Source: Chlamydiales bacterium | GTDB taxonomy: Bacteria; Chlamydiota; Chlamydiia; Chlamydiales; JACRBE01 | Assembly: GCA_016213235.1 (NCBI GenBank) | Contig: JACRBE010000047.1 | Span: 1-56,652 of the forward strand | Direction of reading: 5' to 3' | DNA length: 56,652 bases | Shown here: positions 49,750 to 56,652 of the stretch, in pieces | Numbering within the stretch: the stretch's first letter is position 1 | Layout of the letters: every line of letters starts with the position of its first letter | Made by a program: the position numbers and the translations under genes | Notes under the pieces: generated by a model | What the model was told of the DNA's origin: nothing | Seen by the model: only the letters and a program-made list of their open reading frames with translations | Database searches by the model: none

Positions 49750-49945
49750 AGATGCAATAGAGCTTCTTTTTGCATTTGTGTAAATAAACTTTTTAATCCA
49801 TTAGACCTATTCATGGATAGGGAGGAAAAAATATCAATTTCTTTTAGAAAATGGGGAGGGTATTGAAAAATGGTCTCTAAGGATTCTCCGCTATATACAT
49901 AGGTGAGTAGCGCGGCAATGCCTCTAGATGTGAGCGCCTCACTAT
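49750..49945 (-). pseudogene. Duplicated 3' part of sufE
   Basis: Colinear, ungapped near-copy of 50761-50956 (offset 1011 nt). Confidence 0.9.
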
Positions 49946-49968
49946 TTGATTTTTAAGGACACCATTTA

Positions 49969-50664
49969 TCAGCAACAATGCGTAGCAATATAACAAGGAA
50001 GGCGAAGAGGAGAGATAGCGGTAGCTGCAATGCTCATTATAACGCCTATTACTCCCGGTGCTAACATAGTAAAAGATCCATGTAGGATATATCTAGAGGA
50101 CCTCTCTGCAATAATTGCACAATTTTTAGAGCAAAGAGCGGGAATGCAAAATAGAATAGATATAGCAAGACCTGAAATGATTTGAAGTAGCCCAATGGTA
50201 ATAACAGCTATTGCAGCTCCAATCCCCACAACAGGAATTGTAAATACATTGCAATCTGCTAATTTCTCAATGATAGGTCCTATGGTTCTTCCAATTTTAT
50301 TAAAGAGCTCATGTGGAGTGGATTCTTCATCAATACGCCTTTGAACAAATTGAATCATATCGTGAATAGAATCGTGATGTATGGCTGCTGGATAACGATG
50401 GGCGCTACCACTACCACGTGGAATGAGACAACACATATTATTTGAATGATCTGGATATCTTGGATAATGCTCATGGTTAAAATGATGTTTTTCTAAAAAT
50501 GTAGTGTTGTGTTGGATTTGTTGTAAAAAAATAAGCACAGCTTGGCGTGTTGTACATTGACTAGCTTGTTGTAGGAGAGGATTTGGATTAGGTAGTGGAT
50601 GTGCGCCGGTATAGATATCAAAACAATCCCCGCTTGTTTTTAAGGTTATTGATGGGGTGGTCAT
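49969..50664 (-). CDS. Hypothetical membrane protein, paralog B
   Basis: Paralog of 48886-49653. Confidence 0.75.
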   Translation of the reverse strand: MTTPSITLKTSGDCFDIYTGAHPLPNPNPLLQQASQCTTRQAVLIFLQQIQHNTTFLEKHHFNHEHYPRYPDHSNNMCCLIPRGSGSAHRYPAAIHHDSIHDMIQFVQRRIDEESTPHELFNKIGRTIGPIIEKLADCNVFTIPVVGIGAAIAVITIGLLQIISGLAISILFCIPALCSKNCAIIAERSSRYILHGSFTMLAPGVIGVIMSIAATAISPLRLPCYIATHCC

Positions 50665-50747
50665 GGTTATAATCCTTCATTTTTTAATCGCAATTATATC
50701 GCTGATCTGTGATTTTTTTATAGAATTAAAAAATGCTAATAAAAGTG

Positions 50748-51173
50748 CTATTTTTTTGATAGATGCAATACAGTTTCTTTTTGCATTTGTGTAAATAAAC
50801 TCTTTAATCCATTAGACCTGTTCATGGATAGGGAGGAAAAAATATCAATTTCTTTTAGAAAATGGGGAGGACATTGAAAAATGGTCTCTAATGCCTCTCC
50901 ACTGTATACGTAGGTGAGTAGCGCTGCAATGCCTCTAGATATGAGCGCCTCACTATCTGCTAAAAAATAAATTTTATTATTTTCTATATAAGAGGTGAGA
51001 TACATGATGCTCTGACACCCTTTTACTAAATTTTTTTCTACCTTTTCATTTTCAGGAAAAGGGGGCAGTTTTTTGCCAAAATCTATGATGGCTAAATACT
51101 TTGCTTCAGCATCTAATAGATGCTTGAAAATATCGGTGATCTGAGCCTGCTTACTTAAACATGTTTCATGCAT
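50748..51173 (-). CDS. sufE: SufE-family Fe-S sulfur acceptor
   Basis: VKGCQS, ADSEALISRG, LSMNRSNG. Confidence 0.92.
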   Translation of the reverse strand: MHETCLSKQAQITDIFKHLLDAEAKYLAIIDFGKKLPPFPENEKVEKNLVKGCQSIMYLTSYIENNKIYFLADSEALISRGIAALLTYVYSGEALETIFQCPPHFLKEIDIFSSLSMNRSNGLKSLFTQMQKETVLHLSKK

Positions 51174-51275
51174 AGTCTTATAACGTGGGTAAAAAGAAAA
51201 TTTAATAAAAGATTCTTTGAATATAATATCTAAGCCAGATATAATAACGAAGCTTAAAAAAAGCGCATAGGAAAT

Positions 51276-51497
51276 ATGACAAAAAAAGAAGATACCATCA
51301 AACTGGACGGAACTGTCGAAGAGTTATTGCCAAATATGACATTCAGGGTCGCTTTGCAAAATGGGATGAAAGTACATGCCCATCTTTGTGGAAAAATGAG
51401 AATGAAAAATATTCGGGTTCTGGTCGGAGATACGGTAACGGTGGAAATCTCCCCCTATGACTTAACAAAAGCGAGAATTATTTATAGACAAAAATAA
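51276..51497 (+). CDS. infA: Translation initiation factor IF-1
   Basis: [29 protein letters not shown]. Confidence 0.97.
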   Translation: MTKKEDTIKLDGTVEELLPNMTFRVALQNGMKVHAHLCGKMRMKNIRVLVGDTVTVEISPYDLTKARIIYRQK

Positions 51498-51527
51498 TAA
51501 TTCATTAAAACGCAAGAGTATTTCCTC

Positions 51528-51556
51528 TTGCATTTTTTTTTGAATAGGCATATGCT
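51528..51556 (+). promoter_or_regulatory. Promoter for tRNA-Thr-tufA, overlapping the infA terminator hairpin
   Basis: TTGCAT-N17-TATGCT; GCAAGAG..CTCTTGC hairpin plus T-run. Confidence 0.6.
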
Positions 51557-51599
51557 TTGTAGCATTCGCAAAAAAATTGCTTAAAAGATATGCATTCAA

Positions 51600-51671
51600 G
51601 CCCAGATAGCTCAGTGGTAGAGCACTTGCATGGTAAGCAAAAGGTCGTAGGTTCAATTCCTATTCTGGGCA
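51600..51671 (+). tRNA. tRNA-Thr(GGT)
   Basis: GCCCAGATAGCTCAGTGGTAGAGC..GGT..GGTTCAATTCCTATTCTGGGCA. Confidence 0.93.
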
Positions 51672-51714
51672 GAAAGAGTATACAAAATTTTACTAAAATT
51701 TATTGAGGACGATC

Positions 51715-52899
51715 ATGGCTAAAGAAACATTCCAGAGGAATAAACCTCACGTTAACGTAGGAACAATTGGTCACGTTGACCATGGTAAAACCACGTTAAC
51801 TGCCGCTATAACAAAATATTTATCTACGAAGGGTGGTGCCCGATTTAGAGATTATGCGTCAATTGACAACTCTCCAGAAGAAAAAGCTAGAGGGATTACA
51901 ATTAACGCCAGCCACGTAGAGTATGAAAGTGATAAAAGACACTATGCACACGTAGACTGCCCAGGGCATGCTGACTATGTTAAAAACATGATCACTGGTG
52001 CGGCTCAAATGGACGGAGCTATTCTTGTTGTTGCTGCAACAGATGGTCCTATGCCACAAACAAAAGAACACGTCCTTCTTGCAAAACAAGTAGGGGTTCC
52101 AGCTATTGTTGTTTTCCTAAACAAGATGGATATGATCAATGCAGGCGATGAAGAGCTTGTTGATCTCGTTGAAATGGAAATCGCAGAGCTACTTGAATCA
52201 AAAGGTTATAAAGATTGCCCTATTGTTAGAGGTTCTGCTTTAAGAGCTCTAGAGGGAGATCAAAAATACTTAGATAGTATTGCAAAACTCGTAGAAGCTA
52301 TTGATACTTGCATACCAACTCCGCAACGTGAAGTAGACAAACCATTCTTAATGCCAATAGAAGACGTATTCTCTATCTCTGGTAGAGGTACTGTTGTAAC
52401 TGGAAGAGTGGAAAAAGGTAGAATCAACGTTAACGATAAAATTGAAATCGTTGGTCTTCAACCTACAAAAGATACAGTTGCGATCGGTCTTGAAATGTTT
52501 AACAAAACTCTTGACCATGCTGAAGCTGGAGAGAATGTTGGTGCTCTTTTAAGAAGTATTGACAAAGACCAGGTCCAAAGAGGAATGGTTCTTGCAGCTC
52601 CGGGAACATGCAAACCACATACAAAATTCAAAGGAACAATTTACGTTCTTAAGAAAGAAGAAGGTGGAAGACATAAGCCATTCTTCTCTGGATATAGACC
52701 TCAATTCTTCTTTAGAACAACAGACGTTACTGGAACTGTCGAATTACCACAAGGTACTGAGATGGTAATGCCAGGCGATAACGTTGAAATTACTGCTGTT
52801 TTAATCGCTCCAGTGGCGATGGAAGAGGGAATGAGATTTGCTATCCGCGAAGGTGGTAGAACAATTGGTGCAGGTACTGTAACAAAGATTCTTCAGTAA
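51715..52899 (+). CDS. tufA: Elongation factor Tu
   Basis: [21 protein letters not shown]. Confidence 0.99.
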   Translation: MAKETFQRNKPHVNVGTIGHVDHGKTTLTAAITKYLSTKGGARFRDYASIDNSPEEKARGITINASHVEYESDKRHYAHVDCPGHADYVKNMITGAAQMDGAILVVAATDGPMPQTKEHVLLAKQVGVPAIVVFLNKMDMINAGDEELVDLVEMEIAELLESKGYKDCPIVRGSALRALEGDQKYLDSIAKLVEAIDTCIPTPQREVDKPFLMPIEDVFSISGRGTVVTGRVEKGRINVNDKIEIVGLQPTKDTVAIGLEMFNKTLDHAEAGENVGALLRSIDKDQVQRGMVLAAPGTCKPHTKFKGTIYVLKKEEGGRHKPFFSGYRPQFFFRTTDVTGTVELPQGTEMVMPGDNVEITAVLIAPVAMEEGMRFAIREGGRTIGAGTVTKILQ

Positions 52900-52939
52900 T
52901 AAAATAATGAAAAGATGGAAGGTTTCTTCCATCTTGGAT

Positions 52940-53015
52940 GGGTGTGTAGCTCAGCTGGTAGAGCAGCGGTCTCCAAAGCCGCCGGTCGGGGGTTCGAATC
53001 CCTCCGCACTCGCCA
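52940..53015 (+). tRNA. tRNA-Trp(CCA)
   Basis: Cloverleaf with CTCCAAA loop and encoded CCA end. Confidence 0.95.
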
Positions 53016-53033
53016 AAGTAAATAGGTAAGAAA

Positions 53034-53279
53034 GTGGCAAATAAGGTAGTTAATCTAGTGTCAGAAAATGGCAAAAAGAACAGTCGATTGAACTTCTTTT
53101 ATGATTTAAAAGAAGAACTAAAAAAAGTCTCTTGGACTAGTAAACAAGAACTTTTTTTGTGTACAAAAGTTGTAATAGGTACCACGTTTTGTTTTGGACT
53201 TGGGATTTATTTAGTCGATTTAGTCATTAAGGGATCTCTTGACCTACTGAATATGTTAGTGAAATTGGTCGCACATTAA
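53034..53279 (+). CDS. secE: Preprotein translocase SecE
   Basis: ELKKVSWTSK plus TM helix; position before nusG. Confidence 0.92.
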   Translation: MANKVVNLVSENGKKNSRLNFFYDLKEELKKVSWTSKQELFLCTKVVIGTTFCFGLGIYLVDLVIKGSLDLLNMLVKLVAH

Positions 53280-53289
53280 CGGAGTAATA

Positions 53290-53847
53290 ATGAGCGAAAA
53301 TAATAAATGGTATGTTGTCCAAGTATTATCTGGACATGAAAAGAAAGTAAAAAAGACGATTGACGAGAATATTCCGACTTCTGGTGTGGCAACAATGGTC
53401 GAGCAGATCCTTGTTCCTACAGAAAACGTAGCCGAAGTGAAAGGTGGACAGCAAAAAATTAGCGAAAAGCGACTTTGGCCCGGGTATATATTAGTGAAAA
53501 TGCAATTAACAGATGACTCTTGGATGTTTATTAAGAATTGTAACGGAGTTATCGGTTTCTTAGGTGGAGAAAAACCGACACCTTTGACAGATAGAGAAGT
53601 GGAAGAAATTCTTAAAGATTTAATGAGTAAAAAAGGCGAAGTTGTTCAAAAACACAACATCCAAATAGGGGATAAAGTCAAAATTATTGATGGTGTTTTT
53701 GTGAACTTTATTGGTGTTGTAAACGAAGTAATGCACGATAAGGGTAGATTAAGCGTAATGGTCTCTATCTTTGGAAGAGAGACTCGTGTAGATGACCTAG
53801 AGTTTTGGCAAGTTGAACAATTACCAATTGATGCAGATTTAGAATAA
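53290..53847 (+). CDS. nusG: Transcription factor NusG
   Basis: [18 protein letters not shown] motif, SIFGRET. Confidence 0.97.
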   Translation: MSENNKWYVVQVLSGHEKKVKKTIDENIPTSGVATMVEQILVPTENVAEVKGGQQKISEKRLWPGYILVKMQLTDDSWMFIKNCNGVIGFLGGEKPTPLTDREVEEILKDLMSKKGEVVQKHNIQIGDKVKIIDGVFVNFIGVVNEVMHDKGRLSVMVSIFGRETRVDDLEFWQVEQLPIDADLE

Positions 53848-53861
53848 GAAGGTTATTGAAA

Positions 53862-54290
53862 ATGGCTAAGAAGAAAGTTACTAAAATTATTAAATTACAA
53901 ATTCCAGCTGGAAAAGCAAACCCAGCCCCTCCAATTGGTCCAGCACTTGGTTCTGCTGGTGTGAACATTATGGCATTTTGTAAAGAATTTAATGCGAAAA
54001 CGCAAGCAAAAGGTGGAGACATCCTCCCTGTTGTTATCACTGTATACCAAGATAAAACATTTACATTTATCACTCGCGAACCCCCAATGTCTCAACTGAT
54101 TTTAAAAGCATCAGGAGCTCAAAAAGGTTCTGGTGTCCCAAATAGAGATAAAGTAGGAAAAATTAATAAAAAACAAGTTCTCCAAGTTGCTAAGCAAAAA
54201 TGGCCTGACTTAAGGGTTCATTCAGAGGAAGCAGCAATGAAAGTGGTGGAAGGTACAGCCCGATCCATGGGTATTGAAATTGAAGGCTAA
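53862..54290 (+). CDS. rplK: 50S ribosomal protein L11
   Basis: [22 protein letters not shown]. Confidence 0.98.
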   Translation: MAKKKVTKIIKLQIPAGKANPAPPIGPALGSAGVNIMAFCKEFNAKTQAKGGDILPVVITVYQDKTFTFITREPPMSQLILKASGAQKGSGVPNRDKVGKINKKQVLQVAKQKWPDLRVHSEEAAMKVVEGTARSMGIEIEG

Positions 54291-54295
54291 AAATT

Positions 54296-54994
54296 ATGGC
54301 AAAGAGAAGTAAAAGATTCGAAGATATTTTAAAGGGTTTATATCCTGCAAAAATATATTCTGTAGAATAAGCAATCAAAGTATTAAAAAAGCTACCAGCT
54401 GTCAAATTTGATCAAAGCGTGGAAGTTTCCCTTAAACTTGGTGTTGATCCGAAAAAAGCAGATCAGTTAGTAAGAGGCACTGTTTCCCTTCCAAATGGAA
54501 CCGGTAAAAAAATAGTTCTTGTTGTTCTTGCAAAAGGGGATAAATTAAAAGAAGCTCAAACCGCTGGTGCAGATTTTGTAGGAAGTGAAGACTTAATAGA
54601 AAAAATTAAAAATGGCTGGACCGATTTTAGTGCTGTCCTTGCGACTCCGGACATGATGCGAGAAGTGGGCAAGCTTGGTAAGATTCTTGGACCAAGAGGT
54701 CTTATGCCAACTCCAAAAGCAGGAACTGTAACAAATGATATTGCAAAAGCAGTAGCAGAAATTAAGGCGGGTAAGGTAGAATTTCGTGTCGATAAAAATG
54801 GTGTAATAAACAACATGGCTGGAAAACTTTCTTTCGAGGTAGCACAGTTAATGGAAAATGTGAATGTACTTCTATCGGCCATTGCAAGACTAAGACCAGC
54901 TAGTGCTAAAGGTCAGTTTATGCAAAACCTTGTTCTATCTTCTACGATGGGGCCTGGATTAAAAATTGATATCCAATCGATTTCTCACAGCTAA
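54296..54994 (+). CDS. rplA: 50S ribosomal protein L1 with an in-frame TAA at codon 25 (54368-54370)
   Basis: MAKRSKRF...[38 protein letters not shown]. Confidence 0.93.
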
Positions 54995-55003
54995 GGATAA
55001 AAA

Positions 55004-55522
55004 ATGAGACAAGAAAAAAATTTACTTCTCGACCAGATAAAACATCATCTTAAAACAAATGCTTATATTGTTTTAAGCAATAAAGGACTTAATGCTAATA
55101 ACGAAGCAGATTTGCGATCAGAAGTAGCAAAATGTGGTGGTCGTTTATTAACTTTAAAAAAACGAATGCTTATCAAAGCTGCTGAGCACTCTGGTGTTTC
55201 TATCAGCAAACAACAGCTAAATGGTCAAATTACTGTTTTGTCCATGAGCGAAAATATTGTTGAAACGATAAAAACACTATTTAAGTTCAAAGAAGAAAAA
55301 GAAAACATGCTTGATGTTTTAATGGGACAATATGAAGGTGCACTATGCACTCCCCAAGATATCGAGCAAATCTCTAAATTACCAAGTAAAGATGAAATGC
55401 GTGCAGAACTTCTTGGAGTATTTGAAGCAGTACAAGCTTCTACTCTTGGCACAATGGAAGCACTACTTACGTCTGTTCTTTACTGTTTAGAGAATAAAAA
55501 CAACCAACAAGAAGCATCTTAA
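55004..55522 (+). CDS. rplJ: 50S ribosomal protein L10
   Basis: MRQEK.., SKLPSKDEMRAELLG; operon position. Confidence 0.93.
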   Translation: MRQEKNLLLDQIKHHLKTNAYIVLSNKGLNANNEADLRSEVAKCGGRLLTLKKRMLIKAAEHSGVSISKQQLNGQITVLSMSENIVETIKTLFKFKEEKENMLDVLMGQYEGALCTPQDIEQISKLPSKDEMRAELLGVFEAVQASTLGTMEALLTSVLYCLENKNNQQEAS

Positions 55523-55549
55523 AAATTATTAAATCATAGAGGTACTGCA

Positions 55550-55948
55550 GTGAGTAACCAAGTTATTGATGAATTAGTAGAAAAATTAAGCCAGTTAACT
55601 GTCTTAGATATGTCTAAACTGAAAACAGCTCTTGAAACAAAATGGGGCGTAAAAGCGGCAGCTGCTGCTCCCATGATGATGGCTGCTCCTGCAGCTGCTG
55701 GAGCTGCTAGCGTAGCGATACAAGAATCTACTGATTTTCAAGTAATATTAAAAGAAGTTCCAGCTGATAAAAAAATCAGCGTAATTAAAGTTGTTCGTGA
55801 GCTTACAAATCTTGGGCTAAAAGAAGCCAAAGATCTTGTTGAAGCAGCTCCAAAAGTACTTAAAGAAACAGCTCCAAAAGCTGAAGCAGAAGAAATGAGT
55901 AAAAAACTCACAGAAGCTGGTGCTAAAGTTGAACTGAAGGGAATATAA
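55550..55948 (+). CDS. rplL: 50S ribosomal protein L7/L12
   Basis: Ala-rich hinge, [24 protein letters not shown]. Confidence 0.98.
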   Translation: MSNQVIDELVEKLSQLTVLDMSKLKTALETKWGVKAAAAAPMMMAAPAAAGAASVAIQESTDFQVILKEVPADKKISVIKVVRELTNLGLKEAKDLVEAAPKVLKETAPKAEAEEMSKKLTEAGAKVELKGI

Positions 55949-55967
55949 GACAACTTCCCTAAAATGT

Positions 55968-56004
55968 AAAAGTAGAAGCTAGAAGATTCTAGTTTCTACT
56001 TTTT
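55968..56004 (+). terminator. Terminator/attenuator hairpin between rplL and rpoB
   Basis: AAAAGTAGAAGCTAGAA..TTCTAGTTTCTACTTTT. Confidence 0.7.
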
Positions 56005-56187
56005 GCTATGCAGATGAAAAGAAAAACATTGGAGTTTAACAAGCAATGAAATATGCTTGCATAAAGTGGTAAAAACAATTATCCACTCAAGCACATTGTT
56101 CCAAGTTTTTCAGCCATTAATAACCATAAAAGCTTTTTTGTAGTGCACTACAAAAAAGTTAACGCATTTTATTTGGGAGGCGCTTAG

Positions 56188-56652
56188 ATGCTTAAGAAGG
56201 CACCTCAACGGGTGAGCTATAAAGATAAACAAGAAATTATCGATTTACCAAACCTTATTGAAGTTCAAGTTAAATCTTATTTAAATTTTTTACAAGCTGA
56301 TGTACTTCCTCATGAGAGAAAAAATCAAGGCTTAGAAGAAATATTTCAAGAAGTTTTTCCTATTAAATCGTATGATGAAAAGATCATTTTAGAATATTTA
56401 TCATATGATCTTGGAGCCGCAAAATACACTCCAGATGAGTGTATTAAAAGGGGTATTACTTATAATGTTCCTTTGAAAGTAAAATTCCGATTAACAGACG
56501 AAACCGGAATCAAGGAAGAAGAAGTCTATATGGGCACTCTTCCTGTGATGACACAAAATGGTACTTTTATCATTAATGGAGCAGAACGGGTTATTGTCTC
56601 TCAATTACACCGCTCTCCAGGGGTTGCGTTTGAACAAGAAAAACATTTAAAA
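56188..56652 (+). CDS. rpoB: RNA polymerase beta subunit (5' part)
   Basis: [47 protein letters not shown]. Confidence 0.97.
   Translation, partial: MLKKAPQRVSYKDKQEIIDLPNLIEVQVKSYLNFLQADVLPHERKNQGLEEIFQEVFPIKSYDEKIILEYLSYDLGAAKYTPDECIKRGITYNVPLKVKFRLTDETGIKEEEVYMGTLPVMTQNGTFIINGAERVIVSQLHRSPGVAFEQEKHLK

Noticed and set aside
54368..54370. Alternative genetic code (TAA read-through)
   Set aside because: TAA terminates many conserved genes in this window (infA, tufA, nusG, rplK)

Overview
AT-rich chromosomal window from an environmental member of the phylum Chlamydiota. Evidence: a MOMP-type porin starting LPVGNP, the DUF1207/LOG/MYG1/HIT/HEAT block, and infA-tRNA(Thr)-tufA-tRNA(Trp)-secE-nusG-rplKAJL-rpoB. 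Bases 1-25.8 kb are accessory metabolism and transport: GH3 hydrolase, DAACS symporter, a histidine-decarboxylase-like gene between two MFS transporters, a YbhGFSR+NodT exporter, an intact IS607 (TnpA+TnpB), beta-carbonic anhydrase, proBAC, and an aminotransferase/YheO pair. Bases ~25.8-38.3 kb are a decayed multi-layer genomic island at the 3' end of a tRNA(CAT). It holds an internally deleted integrase, att-like and arm-like repeats, two YhcG genes, an AbiEi antitoxin with a four-site operator whose toxin gene is split by a cassette block, HigBA, a SUV3-like helicase and a lysozyme-like/DUF4431 pair. Bases 38.5-56.6 kb are core genes interrupted by tandem duplications of membrane-protein genes. 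Strongest novel signals: (1) an unannotated 22-codon leader peptide with five consecutive Pro codons, a hairpin and a U-tract upstream of proBAC, a candidate proline-sensing attenuator; (2) a perfect 21-bp inverted repeat enclosing an RBS+ATG, in frame on both sides with different truncated genes. All family calls come from motifs read by eye; no searches were run.
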